From Bacillus subtilis subsp. subtilis str. 168 (GTDB lineage Bacteria > Bacillota > Bacilli > Bacillales > Bacillaceae), in contig NC_000964.3 in the NCBI RefSeq assembly GCF_000009045.1, positions 4,080,001 through 4,112,000 of the forward strand: DNA of 32,000 nt. Reading direction: 5' to 3'. Under the pieces are notes generated by a model, which worked only from the letters and a program-made list of their open reading frames with translations, made no database searches and had not been told where the DNA came from. A program made the position numbers and the translations under genes. The stretch's first letter is position 1, and the number at the start of each line of letters is the position of its first letter. Shown here piece by piece: positions 1 through 11,844 of this stretch.

Positions 1-996
1 TCGGCTGACGTTAATGTTCAAAAACTTCGCTTTATCAAAATCAAAAGCGGTCTTAGAGGATGTCGCAAAATCTGTATACCTTGTGCCGATGCCGATAATC
101 AAATCAGCTTGGCGGGCCGCTTTGTTTGCCGCAAGTGTACCTGTGATGCCCATTCCGCCAAGGTTGTTCGCAAAATCTGCCTCAACGGTAGACTTTCCTG
201 CCTGCGTTTCAACTAACGGAATGTTATAGGCTTCAGAAATGGCAACCAATTCATCGCGCGCACCGGAATATTTTGCGCCTCCGCCGACGAGAATCACAGG
301 TTTTTTGCTGGATTTAATCAGCTCCGCCGCACCTTGAAGCTCGCGCTCGCTCGGCTGCATGCGATCAATATAGTGAACCCGTTTGACGAAGAAACTTTCA
401 TCAAAATCGTATGCTTCCCCTTCAACATCCTGAGAAATACAAATCGTTGCCGGACCTGCTTTTGCCGGATCAGTCATGACTTCAAACGCGCGCAGCAAAC
501 TGCTCATCAGCTGCTCAGGGCGCGTAATGCGGTCCCAGTATCTCGATACAGGCTTCAATGCATCGTTTGTCGTAATCGCCGCACTGTATTCTTGCTCCAT
601 TTGCTGCAGTACAGGGTCTGGCTGTCTTGTCGCAAATGTGTCTGCCGGAATCAAGAGAACTGGGATATTATTTGCCAATGCAGTGCCGGCTGCCGCCACC
701 AAGTTAGCCGCTCCAGGTCCGACGGATGTAGACACCGCATATATTTTTCTTCTCAGCATTTGCTTGCTGTACGCCATGGCCGCATGCGCCATTCCTTGTT
801 CATTTTTCCCTTGATAGACTTTCAAATGGCCTGCATCCTGCTCAAGCGCCTGCCCGATCCCTAATACGTTTCCATGACCGAAAATCGTGAAGATCCCTTC
901 GACAAAAGGCTCTTCCTTTCCATCTACATGGATGTACTGCTGGTTTAAGAATTTAATCAGCGCCTGCGCAGTTGTTAAGCGAATTTTCTTACCCAC
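1..996 (-). CDS. iolD: 3D-(3,5/4)-trihydroxycyclohexane-1,2-dione hydrolase (ThDP-dependent), 5' part only, truncated by window edge
   Basis: Manual minus-strand translation from GTG at 996-994: [51 protein letters not shown]..., an acetolactate-synthase-like N-terminus. The frame stays open to base 1 and the gene is adjacent to iolC. Confidence 0.93.
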   Translation of the reverse strand, partial: MGKKIRLTTAQALIKFLNQQYIHVDGKEEPFVEGIFTIFGHGNVLGIGQALEQDAGHLKVYQGKNEQGMAHAAMAYSKQMLRRKIYAVSTSVGPGAANLVAAAGTALANNIPVLLIPADTFATRQPDPVLQQMEQEYSAAITTNDALKPVSRYWDRITRPEQLMSSLLRAFEVMTDPAKAGPATICISQDVEGEAYDFDESFFVKRVHYIDRMQPSERELQGAAELIKSSKKPVILVGGGAKYSGARDELVAISEAYNIPLVETQAGKSTVEADFANNLGGMGITGTLAANKAARQADLIIGIGTRYTDFATSSKTAFDFDKAKFLNINVSR

Positions 997-1028
997 AAAC
1001 GATCCCACCTTTACTCGATCTTTTTCAA

Positions 1029-2006
1029 TTATGACTGTGCTTCAATAAGCTGTTCGATTTCTTCCGCAGTCGGCATCGCTTCTGACGAACTGTGCTTGCT
1101 CACCACAATGGAGGCTGAAGCACTGCCGTATTTCAATGCCGTTTCAATGTCTTTTCCGCTGACAAGGCCATAGATAAAGGCTGACGCATAGGAGTCACCG
1201 GCCCCAAAGGTTTTCAGCACTTTTGTCTTGTACGCTTGAGCGCGGAATACCTCGCCGGATTTGCTGTATGCGTAAGAGCCTTCGACGCCGTGTTTGATGA
1301 CAACGAGGTCGGCTGAATGGCCAAATAAATGATTGACGGATTCTTCATTGCTTCCGCCTGTGCGGTTTTCCATCACATCAAATTCATCGCGTGTGCCGAT
1401 GACGATATCAGACTGCTCGGCAACCAAAGAATAATAAACGGCTGTTTCATCTGATGACTGCCACGTATATGGCCGGTAATCCAGTTCGAATACCACCTTA
1501 ACCTGATGCTTTTTCGCGTATTGAACAGCTTTTAACACCGCTTCCCGTGACGGGCTTTTGGCGAGCGCTGTCCCGGAGACAAGCAGCATTTTCGCATTTG
1601 CGATATAGTCCTCACTTACCTCTGAAGGCTCAAGATAAAGATCCGCCACATCATCGCGATACATTAAGATGCTGCATTCTTCAGGGCTGAGGATTTCTGT
1701 AAATGCAAGGCCTGCTTTGTGTCCATCTTGATCAACAATCATCTGTGTAGTATCCACGCCGGTCTTTCTCATATAGGACTCTATGAATCTTCCATGCTGG
1801 TCATCCGGAATTTTGCCGATGAAGCCCGCTTTTAAGCCAAGCTTCGCGCTGCCGATCGCGATATTCGCAGGTGAACCGCCGACATATTTCGAAAATGTCA
1901 TCGTTTCTTCCATTGGGCGGTTGTATTCGACTGCGTTCAGATCAATACATGCCCGGCCGATGGCAACAATATCAAAAGCCTTCTCTTCATTGAATGTATA
2001 CTTCAT
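1029..2006 (-). CDS. iolC: 5-dehydro-2-deoxygluconokinase (PfkB family)
   Basis: ORF translation [29 protein letters not shown]...[13 protein letters not shown]. PfkB signature present; start chosen at the internal ATG (325 aa). Confidence 0.95.
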   Translation of the reverse strand: MKYTFNEEKAFDIVAIGRACIDLNAVEYNRPMEETMTFSKYVGGSPANIAIGSAKLGLKAGFIGKIPDDQHGRFIESYMRKTGVDTTQMIVDQDGHKAGLAFTEILSPEECSILMYRDDVADLYLEPSEVSEDYIANAKMLLVSGTALAKSPSREAVLKAVQYAKKHQVKVVFELDYRPYTWQSSDETAVYYSLVAEQSDIVIGTRDEFDVMENRTGGSNEESVNHLFGHSADLVVIKHGVEGSYAYSKSGEVFRAQAYKTKVLKTFGAGDSYASAFIYGLVSGKDIETALKYGSASASIVVSKHSSSEAMPTAEEIEQLIEAQS

Positions 2007-2029
2007 CGTAAACAGCCACTCCTCACTTG

Positions 2030-2845
2030 TTAGCGTTCTAAAATCCATTCATGCGCCGGGTCGTTATAAAACTTCCATTTTCGCGTCGGCCCTGCCATGA
2101 CATTTAAATAGTAGGATGTGTATCCGTCCGGAACGCCTACCGGGTGGTATCCCGCAGGAACGATGACAACGTTTTCATTTCCCACAGTCATTGTCTCGTC
2201 AATAGAACGGTCATCTGTGTATACGCGCTGAAACACAAAGCCCTGTCCCGGGTCTAACTCATGGTAGTACGTTTCTTCTAAGAAAGATTCTTCCGGCAAG
2301 TTGTCTTGGTCATGTTTGTGAGGCGGGTAGCTGGACCAGTTGCCGCTGTCTGTATAGACTTCAACTACTAATAGACTGTTAGCTGAAGGGTCTGAATCCG
2401 GAAGAATGTTATGAACAGTACGTTTGTTTGAAAATTGCCCGCGATGCTCAATTCCGTTGTCTTCCGCTTTGATCAGCTTTGTCGGAAGCTGCTTTTCCGA
2501 TGGAGAATAGCAAAGCGCCACTCTTGCGTCGCTGACCGCTGTGATCTCAAATGCACGGTCATTTGAAATATAGACGCTGTCTGTCGGTTTTCGTTCAAAT
2601 ACGCTTTCGCGCGTGCCGATATTCTCAAAAGTCGACTCATGATCTGTCACTGTAATTTTCCCCGTTACCGCCACAATACAGATTTCTTGTTTTTTCAATT
2701 CTTCTGTATAGCTTGAACCTGATGCAAGATCTAACACTTTAAACTCTACATAAGTGAGATCAGAGTTGGATGTCGTTACTTCGTGCACGAGTTTGACCCC
2801 ATTAGACACTTCATGCGACTGCGGCTTACGCAACAAATAACTCAT
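2030..2845 (-). CDS. iolB: 5-deoxy-glucuronate isomerase
   Basis: 271-aa ORF with cupin-like IolB sequence (SSYPPHKHDQDNLPEESFLEETYYHELDPGQGFVFQRVYTDD), in iol operon order. Confidence 0.95.
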   Translation of the reverse strand: MSYLLRKPQSHEVSNGVKLVHEVTTSNSDLTYVEFKVLDLASGSSYTEELKKQEICIVAVTGKITVTDHESTFENIGTRESVFERKPTDSVYISNDRAFEITAVSDARVALCYSPSEKQLPTKLIKAEDNGIEHRGQFSNKRTVHNILPDSDPSANSLLVVEVYTDSGNWSSYPPHKHDQDNLPEESFLEETYYHELDPGQGFVFQRVYTDDRSIDETMTVGNENVVIVPAGYHPVGVPDGYTSYYLNVMAGPTRKWKFYNDPAHEWILER

Positions 2846-2919
2846 AGAGAAGCCCTCCTCTTTCTATTGGCAGAATGAGTCCGAACAGCGCACATGGACG
2901 CCGTTCGGCTGTTCGTCGT

Positions 2920-4383
2920 TTAGTTGAAATCAGGTGCCGGATATCTTGCCGTCACCACTTTTTTACGTGTATAGAAGTCGACGCTGTCTTTTCCGTTCGC
3001 ATGCAGCGTTCCAAAGAATGAAGATTTCCAGCCTGAGAATGGGAAGAACGCCATTGGAGCCGGCACACCAAGGTTGATGCCTAGCATTCCCGCATCAATG
3101 TTTTCACGGAAGTAGCGGATTGCGTTTGAGTTGGATGTGAACAAGCAGGCGCCGTTCGCAAACTCAGACTTATTGGCGATTTCAATCGCTTCTTTCAGGT
3201 TTTTCACACGGATGACAGATAAGACCGGAGCGAAAATTTCATCTTTCCAGATCGTCATTTCTGTTGTGACATTGTCAAAGATCGTCGGGCCGACAAAGTA
3301 GCCGTCGTCAGACACATTTTCACGTCCGTCACATACGAGTCTGGCACCTTCTTCAAGACCTTTTTCGATATAGCTGAGCGTGCGCTTCTTGTTGTCTTCG
3401 CGAATCACCGGTCCTAAGAACACGCCGTCATCAAGGCCGTTACCGATTTTAATGTCCGCCACTTTTTCCTGCAGCTTCGCCATAAATTCATCGGCGATTC
3501 CTTCTTCAACTGTCACAACCGCACAAGCCATGCAGCGTTCACCGGCAGAACCGAAGGCAGCTCCAACGATGTTTGTAACCGTGTCTTCAAGATTCGCATC
3601 GTTCAAGACAATCGTATGGTTTTTCGCGCCAGTCAGAGATTGAACGCGTTTTAAGTTTTCGCTTCCTTTTTTGTAGACGTATTCGCCTACTGGCTTGGAG
3701 CCTACAAATGAAATCGCTTTAATTTCGGGATGCTCGAGGATGCCGTTCACAACGTCATGCGCACCGTATACGACGTTGAACACCCCTTTCGGAAGGCCCG
3801 CTTTTTCAAAAAGCTCAACCAATTTCTCTGTTAACAGCGGAGTCCGCTCAGATGGCTTTAAAATAAATGTGTTGCCGAGCGCGATCGCCATCGGGAACAT
3901 CCAGCAAGGAACCATCATCGGGAAGTTGAATGGCGCGATTCCGCCGACAACTCCGATTGGGTAACGGTAGTTCGCCGCTTCAACGTCCGTTGCGATGGAA
4001 GCAAGTGAGTCACCCATCATCAGGGAAGGTGCTCCAGCGGCGAACTCTACGTTTTCAATCCCGCGTCCCACTTCACCTAAAGCTTCTTTCGTGTTTTTTC
4101 CGTTTTCAATGGTAATTAGATGAGCAAGTTCTTCTTTATGCTGAGACAGCAGCTGCTGGAAGTTAAATAGAATTCTGGCGCGGCGAGGAACCGCCACCTT
4201 TGACCATGTTTTAAATGCTTCAGCCGCTGTTTGCGCTGCGTAATCAATATCCTCTTTTGTAGAAATCGGCACTTGGCATAGCACTTCTTTCGTCGCCGGA
4301 TTGACGACATCTTCATATTGATCTGTTTTGCTTTCAACCCATTCACCGTTGATGTAGTTTTTTAATTTTCTGATTTCTGCCAT
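2920..4383 (-). CDS. iolA: methylmalonate-semialdehyde dehydrogenase (CoA-acylating)
   Basis: Aldehyde dehydrogenase family ORF starting [21 protein letters not shown]..., catalytic Cys region [13 protein letters not shown]; start at ATG 4383. Confidence 0.95.
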   Translation of the reverse strand: MAEIRKLKNYINGEWVESKTDQYEDVVNPATKEVLCQVPISTKEDIDYAAQTAAEAFKTWSKVAVPRRARILFNFQQLLSQHKEELAHLITIENGKNTKEALGEVGRGIENVEFAAGAPSLMMGDSLASIATDVEAANYRYPIGVVGGIAPFNFPMMVPCWMFPMAIALGNTFILKPSERTPLLTEKLVELFEKAGLPKGVFNVVYGAHDVVNGILEHPEIKAISFVGSKPVGEYVYKKGSENLKRVQSLTGAKNHTIVLNDANLEDTVTNIVGAAFGSAGERCMACAVVTVEEGIADEFMAKLQEKVADIKIGNGLDDGVFLGPVIREDNKKRTLSYIEKGLEEGARLVCDGRENVSDDGYFVGPTIFDNVTTEMTIWKDEIFAPVLSVIRVKNLKEAIEIANKSEFANGACLFTSNSNAIRYFRENIDAGMLGINLGVPAPMAFFPFSGWKSSFFGTLHANGKDSVDFYTRKKVVTARYPAPDFN

Positions 4384-4474
4384 TCTTATTGCCTCCTTCA
4401 TTAGTAAACACATACACTTGTATGGATGGTTCCGGATAGATTCATATCAATATCCACTTTTCAGCAAGCCAAGA

Positions 4475-4489
4475 ATTAAACGCTTTCAA
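4475..4489. promoter_or_regulatory. putative catabolite-responsive element (cre) in iolA-iolR intergenic region
   Basis: ATTAAACGCTTTCAA (reverse TTGAAAGCGTTTAAT) closely matches the CcpA cre consensus TGWAANCGNTNWCA, upstream of the iol operon. Confidence 0.5.
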
Positions 4490-4798
4490 AAACACCAAAA
4501 AAATAAATGGCGGATGCATATTTACATACAAGCAACCATTTCATGCACAACAGGTTACTTTTTGGTCATTTCTTGGTTATATTCTAATCGCATAATACCC
4601 ATAAGTCAATCATAAACACTACATTTTTTCATTATTTTTATTATATTAATCTTTTAATCAAGTAAGAGAAGTAAGAGAAGGCCGTCCAATCTTGCAAAAG
4701 ATATACACCGATGTTATCATTTTTAAGCAACTATTGATTAACTTTTGGTTTTTATTATATATTTATGTTACGTAAAGATTCAAGAAGGAGTTTTTTAT

Positions 4799-5554
4799 AT
4801 GAAACTGATGCGGATTCAGGAAATGGAGGAGTACATTTTATCGCATGGCACTGTTTCCTTAGATGAGCTGTGCCAGGTGTTCAATGTCTCCAAAAACACA
4901 GTCAGACGTGATATCAACAAGCTAACAGAAAAGGGTGCGATTGAAAAAGTATACGGCGGCGTAACATCTATTGAAAAAACCGCATTAGTTCCTTTTGAAA
5001 ATCGCACCATTCAGCACCAGGATGAAAAAACAAAAATCGCCCATTATGCTTCCCGATTTATTGAAGATCACGATTTGGTCTTCATTGATTCAGGAACGAC
5101 GACAAAGTCTATTCTTGATACGCTTGATCCAGCCAAAAATGTCACCATCTTAACCAACAGTTTAGACATTATCAATGCGGCGTCAGCTTTGAAGAATATC
5201 AACTTAATCATTATCGGAAACAACTATAAGAGAAAAACCCGCTCCTTTGTCGGCATGGACGACCCGGCTATGCTTGATAAGTACAATATCAACAAAGCCT
5301 TTATGTCCGCTACCGGAACGACGCTGACTCACGGATTGACCAATTCGGATCTGCTGGAGTATGAAATTAAAAAGAGGATTTCAGAAAAAGCAAAAGAAGT
5401 GTATCTATTGGCTGACCATTCTAAATTCGGAAAATCAACGCTTCTGACGTATGCACCGTTTGACAGGCTGCATTGCATTGTGACCTCTCAGCCATTAGAC
5501 GACGAGTACACGCAGTACTGCAATGAGCATCAAATCGGCATTCATCTGGCCTAA
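4799..5554 (+). CDS. iolR: DeoR-family transcriptional repressor of the iol genes
   Basis: 251 aa from ATG 4799 ([42 protein letters not shown]), DeoR N-terminal HTH, GGAG RBS upstream, divergent to iolA. Confidence 0.95.
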
Positions 5555-5607
5555 CGTTTACAATAGTGTTGAGAGTCTATCATCCATTTTATTCTAGGAG
5601 GCAGATC

Positions 5608-6540
5608 ATGAAAAAAGCGAAGCTCGGAAAATCAGACTTGCAGGTATTCCCTATCGGATTAGGAACAAATGCTGTCGGAGGACATAACCTCTACCCGAAC
5701 CTAAATGAAGAAACCGGAAAAGAATTGGTGCGCGAGGCGATCCGTAATGGCGTGACAATGTTAGACACCGCTTACATTTACGGGATCGGCCGTTCCGAAG
5801 AATTAATTGGTGAAGTGCTGCGTGAATTCAACCGTGAAGATGTTGTCATCGCGACAAAAGCCGCTCACAGAAAACAAGGCAATGACTTTGTCTTTGATAA
5901 TTCACCAGATTTTCTTAAAAAATCAGTTGATGAAAGCCTGAAGCGCTTGAATACCGATTATATTGATTTGTTCTACATTCACTTCCCTGACGAACATACG
6001 CCTAAGGATGAAGCCGTTAACGCGCTGAATGAGATGAAGAAAGCCGGAAAAATCCGTTCCATCGGTGTATCCAACTTCTCTTTAGAGCAATTGAAAGAAG
6101 CAAACAAAGACGGTTTGGTAGATGTATTGCAAGGCGAATACAACCTGTTAAACCGTGAAGCGGAAAAAACATTCTTCCCGTATACGAAGGAGCATAATAT
6201 TTCATTTATCCCTTACTTCCCTCTCGTATCAGGTTTATTGGCAGGAAAGTATACAGAAGATACAACGTTCCCAGAAGGCGACCTGCGAAACGAACAGGAA
6301 CACTTCAAGGGTGAGCGTTTCAAAGAAAATATCAGAAAGGTCAACAAGCTTGCGCCGATTGCCGAAAAACACAACGTGGATATCCCTCACATCGTATTGG
6401 CCTGGTATTTAGCAAGACCGGAAATTGATATTTTAATCCCAGGAGCAAAACGTGCCGATCAGCTGATTGATAACATCAAAACAGCTGACGTGACGCTTTC
6501 TCAAGAGGATATTTCATTTATTGATAAGCTGTTCGCATAA
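5608..6540 (+). CDS. iolS: aldo/keto reductase
   Basis: [25 protein letters not shown]..., AKR family motifs, preceded by AGGAGG. Confidence 0.93.
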
Positions 6541-6546
6541 GAAGAA

Positions 6547-6580
6547 AACAGCCTTCTCCAATGGAGAAGGCTGTTTTTTT
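6547..6580 (+). terminator. Rho-independent terminator after iolS
   Basis: AACAGCCTTCTCC-aat-GGAGAAGGCTGTT followed by a T run. Confidence 0.9.
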
Positions 6581-6801
6581 GTGCGATAAATTCCTAAATA
6601 ACTGATTTTGAAGCAAAACCTTACAAAATGAGCCATAAATCCGATAAAATAAAGGTAGTTTATCTCAGAAAGAAAGTGATTGAGAAAGCAAAAGTATGAA
6701 ACGTTCATATCATCTAGCTCATATGAAATAAAGCTGACCCAGCTTCTTTTATTTGCTGGTCAGAATAGCGGACCGTTTCGATGGTCTATGGAGGAAACAG
6801 A

Positions 6802-7452
6802 ATGAAACTTAAATATGTAAAAGCCTTAGTTGCAGTAACCGTTGCTTTAGGTGTACTGCTGCCATCAACGATTTCTCATGCAAAGAGCTTTAGCGGCCGC
6901 TCATCATCTAGTTACAGCAGCCGAAGTTCAAGCTCATCATACAGCGGAAGCTATAAATCAAGCCCGAAATCAAGCTACAGCTCAGGATCAAGCTCTTCTA
7001 GCAAAAAATCCAAGACGTCTGACGATTCATCATCATCGATTTCGCTTAAAAAGAAGCCTTCGGAAAAGGCAAGTTCATCAAGCTCTAAAAAATCGTCAGG
7101 CACCTTTTCCGGCGCTACATCAAAAGTAACCGGAAAGACATACAGCGGAAAAACGTCTAAAGCCTATGTTGGCGGACGTTATGTTTCAGTCAATCATTAC
7201 TATCACGCAGGTTTCGCGCCATCAGGATGGTTTGGATATTATAGCGGATTTACAATGGGTATGTTCATGATCAGCATGATGCACCCATGGGGTTACACCT
7301 ATCATCCAGTCGGAGGCCCCGGTTATGTTTCTTATGGCGCTTCACCCATTGCCTGGATCGTTGATATCATCGCTTTGATTATTATTTTAATCATTGTCAT
7401 CGCATTGATTCGCGCATTTAAAGCACCGAAGACGTACAGAAGGAGATTTTAG
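6802..7452 (+). CDS. yxcE: secreted/membrane-anchored Ser-rich protein of unknown function
   Basis: 216 aa from ATG 6802 after GAGGAAAC. Signal peptide LLPSTISHA, long Ser/Lys-rich low-complexity segment, C-terminal TM helix (IIALIIILIIVIALI). Confidence 0.7.
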   Translation: MKLKYVKALVAVTVALGVLLPSTISHAKSFSGRSSSSYSSRSSSSSYSGSYKSSPKSSYSSGSSSSSKKSKTSDDSSSSISLKKKPSEKASSSSSKKSSGTFSGATSKVTGKTYSGKTSKAYVGGRYVSVNHYYHAGFAPSGWFGYYSGFTMGMFMISMMHPWGYTYHPVGGPGYVSYGASPIAWIVDIIALIIILIIVIALIRAFKAPKTYRRRF

Positions 7453-7455
7453 GCA

Positions 7456-7764
7456 ATGAGATTAATATTAAATGAGCAAGAAATTGTAGACGGAATTTGC
7501 GTGTATATTTCCAATGAAGAAGATATCTACCCTGAAGACGTTGAAGTAAAAGAACTATCGTACAACAAGCGTACAGGGTTCTTCGCTGAAGCTACATTTG
7601 GCCTGCACCACAAGCAGCTTATGTCAGATGACATTTCAGAAGGCATTATTCAGTTCTTAGAGGAATACCACAACTTCAATCCGGACGTTACCGTCGTTGA
7701 ATTGCAATTTGATAAGAAAAAAGGCTTCTCCGCCTTGGTTTTTGTCAACGAAGCAGAAGAATAA
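7456..7764 (+). CDS. yxcD: small conserved protein of unknown function
   Basis: 102-aa ORF, start 3 nt after the upstream stop (MRLILNEQEIVDGICVYISNEEDIYPEDVEV). Confidence 0.7.
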   Translation: MRLILNEQEIVDGICVYISNEEDIYPEDVEVKELSYNKRTGFFAEATFGLHHKQLMSDDISEGIIQFLEEYHNFNPDVTVVELQFDKKKGFSALVFVNEAEE

Positions 7765-7777
7765 AAATGTCTTAATC

Positions 7778-7808
7778 AAACCTTACTCCGCGCGGGTAAG
7801 GTTTTTTT
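7778..7808 (+). terminator. Rho-independent terminator after yxcD
   Basis: AAACCTTAC...GTAAGGTTT followed by TTTT. Confidence 0.75.
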
Positions 7809-7908
7809 AATGGTTTCTCTGAGCATAAAGTTATTTCGTTTTTCCTAAACTCAGCGGATCTGTGATCATCTCTTTTGGCTATAAAGTTTCCGTTTTTTCA
7901 AAACAAAT

Positions 7909-7935
7909 GTTTCAAATGAGATAGGAAATGGGTAC
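7909..7935 (+). promoter_or_regulatory. SigB-like promoter upstream of csbC
   Basis: GTTTCA at 7909-7914 and GGGTAC at 7930-7935, with a 15-nt spacer, slightly longer than typical. csbC is an established SigB-regulon gene. Confidence 0.5.
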
Positions 7936-8001
7936 TAATCTATTAACTTTGTTACATATTTTTAGATACTCATTGGCTCAACAACTGAGGAGGAGACATT
8001 T

Positions 8002-9387
8002 GTGAAGAAAGACACAAGGAAATATATGATCTACTTTTTCGGCGCTTTAGGGGGACTGCTATATGGTTACGATACAGGTGTTATCTCCGGAGCACTCCTG
8101 TTTATCAATAACGATATTCCTTTAACGACATTGACAGAAGGATTGGTTGTCAGCATGCTGCTCCTTGGCGCGATTTTCGGTTCTGCCTTGAGCGGCACAT
8201 GCTCAGACCGCTGGGGCAGGAGAAAGGTTGTATTTGTCCTTTCCATCATTTTTATTATCGGTGCGCTCGCTTGCGCATTTTCTCAAACAATCGGCATGCT
8301 GATTGCATCTAGGGTGATACTCGGGTTGGCCGTCGGCGGTTCAACGGCACTTGTGCCCGTGTATCTTTCCGAAATGGCACCGACGAAAATTCGCGGGACA
8401 CTCGGCACAATGAACAACTTAATGATTGTCACCGGGATTTTGCTCGCCTATATCGTTAACTACCTGTTCACACCGTTTGAAGCGTGGCGCTGGATGGTCG
8501 GTCTGGCTGCAGTGCCTGCCGTGCTTCTATTAATCGGCATCGCCTTCATGCCGGAATCGCCAAGATGGCTCGTGAAGCGCGGCAGCGAAGAAGAAGCGAG
8601 ACGCATCATGAACATCACTCATGACCCCAAAGACATCGAAATGGAATTGGCAGAGATGAAGCAAGGGGAAGCGGAGAAAAAAGAAACGACACTTGGCGTG
8701 CTGAAAGCCAAGTGGATTCGCCCTATGCTTCTGATTGGCGTCGGCCTTGCCATTTTCCAGCAGGCAGTCGGCATTAACACGGTCATCTACTACGCGCCAA
8801 CCATTTTTACGAAGGCCGGTCTTGGCACATCAGCTTCGGCGCTCGGCACAATGGGAATCGGCATCCTCAACGTCATCATGTGTATCACTGCCATGATCTT
8901 AATTGACCGTGTCGGCCGCAAAAAACTTCTGATCTGGGGAAGTGTCGGCATCACACTGAGCCTTGCTGCTTTATCAGGCGTGCTCCTGACACTGGGGCTT
9001 TCCGCATCAACAGCGTGGATGACAGTAGTCTTTCTCGGTGTCTATATCGTCTTTTACCAGGCGACATGGGGTCCGGTAGTGTGGGTGCTCATGCCTGAGC
9101 TCTTCCCGTCCAAAGCACGCGGAGCCGCGACAGGGTTCACGACTTTGGTGTTATCGGCGGCTAACCTGATCGTGTCGCTTGTCTTCCCGCTGATGCTAAG
9201 CGCGATGGGCATCGCATGGGTCTTTATGGTTTTCTCAGTCATTTGTCTTCTCTCATTTTTCTTCGCGTTCTACATGGTACCGGAAACCAAAGGGAAAAGC
9301 TTGGAGGAAATTGAAGCAAGCCTGAAAAAACGGTTTAAAAAGAAGAAAAGCACCCAAAACCAAGTGCTGAATGAGCGTACATTATAA
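8002..9387 (+). CDS. csbC: MFS sugar transporter family protein (general stress)
   Basis: 461 aa, 12-TM sugar porter with DRWGRRK, PESPRWL and PETKGKSLEEIE motifs; GTG start after GAGGAGGAG. Confidence 0.93.
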   Translation: MKKDTRKYMIYFFGALGGLLYGYDTGVISGALLFINNDIPLTTLTEGLVVSMLLLGAIFGSALSGTCSDRWGRRKVVFVLSIIFIIGALACAFSQTIGMLIASRVILGLAVGGSTALVPVYLSEMAPTKIRGTLGTMNNLMIVTGILLAYIVNYLFTPFEAWRWMVGLAAVPAVLLLIGIAFMPESPRWLVKRGSEEEARRIMNITHDPKDIEMELAEMKQGEAEKKETTLGVLKAKWIRPMLLIGVGLAIFQQAVGINTVIYYAPTIFTKAGLGTSASALGTMGIGILNVIMCITAMILIDRVGRKKLLIWGSVGITLSLAALSGVLLTLGLSASTAWMTVVFLGVYIVFYQATWGPVVWVLMPELFPSKARGAATGFTTLVLSAANLIVSLVFPLMLSAMGIAWVFMVFSVICLLSFFFAFYMVPETKGKSLEEIEASLKKRFKKKKSTQNQVLNERTL

Positions 9388-9425
9388 AAAAAGGAATCGT
9401 CTCCTTATGAGACGATTCCTTTTTC
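9386..9425. terminator. bidirectional terminator between csbC and htpG
   Basis: AAAAGGAATCGTCTC-cttat-GAGACGATTCCTTTTT, flanked by A and T runs. Confidence 0.9.
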
Positions 9426-9428
9426 TGT

Positions 9429-11309
9429 TTACACCATGACCTTGCAAATATTGTTCGTAAATTCCACAGGGTCCTGAATCGGCAGGCCTTCGATGAGGAG
9501 CGCCTGATTGTACAGAAGGTTTGTGTACAGGCTCAGCTTCTCTTTATCTTGTTCAAACGCGTCCTGCAGTGTTTGGAATACCTCGTGATTTGGGTTGATT
9601 TCCAGCACTTTTTCCGCCTTCACATTTTGGCTGTCAGGCATCGCATTTAAGATTTTTTCCATCTCAATTGTCACTTCGCCGTCAGCAGCAAGGCAGACTG
9701 GATGTGATTTAAGCCGTTTTGAGATTCTGACGTTTTTCACTTTGTCTGACAGAATGTTTTTCATTTCCTCAAACAGATCCTTATACTTGCTTTCCTCTTC
9801 CTCGGACTGCTTTTGATCCTCATCCGTGTCTATGCCAAGGTCTCCGCTTGATACGGACTTGAATTCTTTTTCCTGATAAGAAGCCAGCATTTTAATTGCA
9901 AACTCATCGATGTCCTCAGTAAAGTAGAGGATTTCATAGCCTTTGTCCGCCACCATTTCCGTTTGCGGCAGTTTCTCAATGCGGTCGTAAGAATCACCGG
10001 TCGCGTAATAAATGAATTTCTGCTCCTCTGGCATTCTGGAAACATACTCGTCTAAGCTGACCAGTTTTTTCTCTTTTGAAGAGTAGAATAAGAGGAGATC
10101 CTTCAATTGATCCTTATTCGCGCCAAAATCATTGTACACGCCGAATTTCAGCTGTCTGCCGAACGACTTGTAGAACGTCTCGTATTTCTCGCGGTCTTTT
10201 TTCAACAGGCTTTGCAGCTCGCTTTTGATTTTCTTGCTGATGTTTTTCGCGATCAGCTTCAGCTGGCGGTCATGCTGCAGCATTTCTCTGGAAATATTCA
10301 GCGACAGATCCTCAGAATCGACCATGCCCTTCACAAAGCTGAAGTGGTCCGGTAGCAGGTCTGCGCACTTATTCATGATCAGCACGCCATTGGAATACAG
10401 CTCCAAGCCTTTCTCATATTCCTTGGAATAGTAGTCAAACGGCATGTTTTCAGGGACGAATAGAATCGCGTTGTAGCGAACCGCTCCATCCACGCTGATA
10501 TGAACGTGTGTCAGCGGTTTATCAAACCCGTAATGCTTTTCAGCATAGAATTTTTCATAATCCTCATCTGTCAGCTCGCTTTTGTTTTTTCTCCAGATCG
10601 GCACCATGCTGTTGACCGTCTGCTCTTCCTGCACCTCTTCAAATTCATTTTCGCTGCCTTCCTTCGGCTTATTAATGGTTGTATCCATTTTGATCGGGTA
10701 GCGAATGAAGTCGGAGTACTTCTTGATGATCGCTTTTAAACGATATTCCTCTAAAAACTCGTCATAGCTGTCATCTTCTGTGTTCTCTTTGATTTTCAGG
10801 ATAATGTCTGTACCGACAGAATCCTTTTCACACGGCTCAATCGTATAGCCGTCTGCACCCGCAGACTCCCATTTATAAGCCTCTTCGCTGCCAAGCGCTT
10901 TACTGATGACTGTCACGACATCGGCAACCATAAATGCCGCGTAAAAACCGACACCGAACTGCCCGATAATGTCATGTCCGTCTTTCAGCTCGTTTTCCTT
11001 TTTAAACGCGAGGGAACCGCTTTTTGCAATTGTTCCAAGATGCTGTTCAAGCTCATCCTTTGTCATTCCGATCCCCGTATCAGAGATGGTTAATGTTCTC
11101 GCATCTTTGTCAGCTGCGACCTTTATGTAGTAACTGTCTTTATCAAACGTAAGCGCATCGTCCGTAAGCGCTTTGTAATAGATTTTGTCAATCGCATCAC
11201 TCGAATTGGAGATTAACTCGCGCAGGAAAATTTCTTTTTGGGTATAAATGGAGTTAATCATCATATCCAGCAAGCGTTTAGACTCTGCTTTAAACTCTTT
11301 TTTCGCCAC
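9429..11309 (-). CDS. htpG: molecular chaperone HtpG (Hsp90 family)
   Basis: 626 aa starting [43 protein letters not shown]. Hsp90 motifs DTGIGMT and [15 protein letters not shown]; GTG start chosen. Confidence 0.97.
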   Translation of the reverse strand: MAKKEFKAESKRLLDMMINSIYTQKEIFLRELISNSSDAIDKIYYKALTDDALTFDKDSYYIKVAADKDARTLTISDTGIGMTKDELEQHLGTIAKSGSLAFKKENELKDGHDIIGQFGVGFYAAFMVADVVTVISKALGSEEAYKWESAGADGYTIEPCEKDSVGTDIILKIKENTEDDSYDEFLEEYRLKAIIKKYSDFIRYPIKMDTTINKPKEGSENEFEEVQEEQTVNSMVPIWRKNKSELTDEDYEKFYAEKHYGFDKPLTHVHISVDGAVRYNAILFVPENMPFDYYSKEYEKGLELYSNGVLIMNKCADLLPDHFSFVKGMVDSEDLSLNISREMLQHDRQLKLIAKNISKKIKSELQSLLKKDREKYETFYKSFGRQLKFGVYNDFGANKDQLKDLLLFYSSKEKKLVSLDEYVSRMPEEQKFIYYATGDSYDRIEKLPQTEMVADKGYEILYFTEDIDEFAIKMLASYQEKEFKSVSSGDLGIDTDEDQKQSEEEESKYKDLFEEMKNILSDKVKNVRISKRLKSHPVCLAADGEVTIEMEKILNAMPDSQNVKAEKVLEINPNHEVFQTLQDAFEQDKEKLSLYTNLLYNQALLIEGLPIQDPVEFTNNICKVMV

Positions 11310-11476
11310 TCTTGATCGCTCCTTTACCATTATGTAAACCCTTTTCAGCATCTATTTATCACATAAGATGACAATTGTCAATTAGATTGATAGATGCATA
11401 TATATGTAAATTTAACATTAGTTGGATTTGTTTTCACTCTTTTTCTCACTCATTCTCATAAAAAAGAGAGGCTTCA

Positions 11477-11728
11477 TCATCCTCTCTTTTTTTCTGTGTC
11501 ATTCCAACGGCCAAACTCCCGCTTCATCCATATATGCACCGGGTAGAAAAACAAACCGAACGGTATCAAAAACAAAAGATTATGCCATGAAGCATTCAGA
11601 AATGCGCTTGCAGTCACCGGGAACGTAATCTCTTGCAATAAAAAAGAGATGACAGTCAGCACAACAAATGCAGATGGAATGGTCACGATGCAATAAAACT
11701 TGAGCTCCTTCTTATGCTGTACCTTCAA
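11477..11728 (-). CDS. yxcA: small two-TM membrane protein (2TM-like)
   Basis: 83-aa ORF MKVQHKKELKFYCIVTIPSAFVVLTVISFLLQEITFPVTASAF... with TTG start and GGGAGG upstream. Confidence 0.65.
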   Translation of the reverse strand: MKVQHKKELKFYCIVTIPSAFVVLTVISFLLQEITFPVTASAFLNASWHNLLFLIPFGLFFYPVHIWMKREFGRWNDTEKKRG

Positions 11729-11792
11729 ACATACAAACCTCCCAACAATTTCTAATTCATCTTAACATATGCTGGCCTTTCTTTTCTCGCAT

Positions 11793-11817
11793 GTTTATCA
11801 CTGCACATAGCGGGAAG
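11793..11817 (+). promoter_or_regulatory. SigB-like promoter upstream of yxbG
   Basis: GTTTAT-N13-GGGAAG, close to SigB consensus GTTTAA-N12-14-GGGWAW, positioned just upstream of the yxbG RBS. Confidence 0.6.
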
Positions 11818-11844
11818 ACAAATAGAAAAAGGAGGTCTCGTATC

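Noticed and set aside
14-864. Plus-strand ORFs 14..229, 334..864 and 476..814
   Set aside because: These are antisense shadows of iolD, which reads continuously on the minus strand to base 1.
3380-4346. ORFs 3380..3643, 3695..3964, 3930..4115 and 4116..4346
   Set aside because: They are embedded in or antisense to the complete iolA gene, with no RBS or family signature.
4418-4615. 65-aa plus-strand ORF in the iolA-iolR intergenic region
   Set aside because: It overlaps the iol promoter/cre region, has no clear RBS and no recognisable family. More likely a chance ORF in regulatory DNA.
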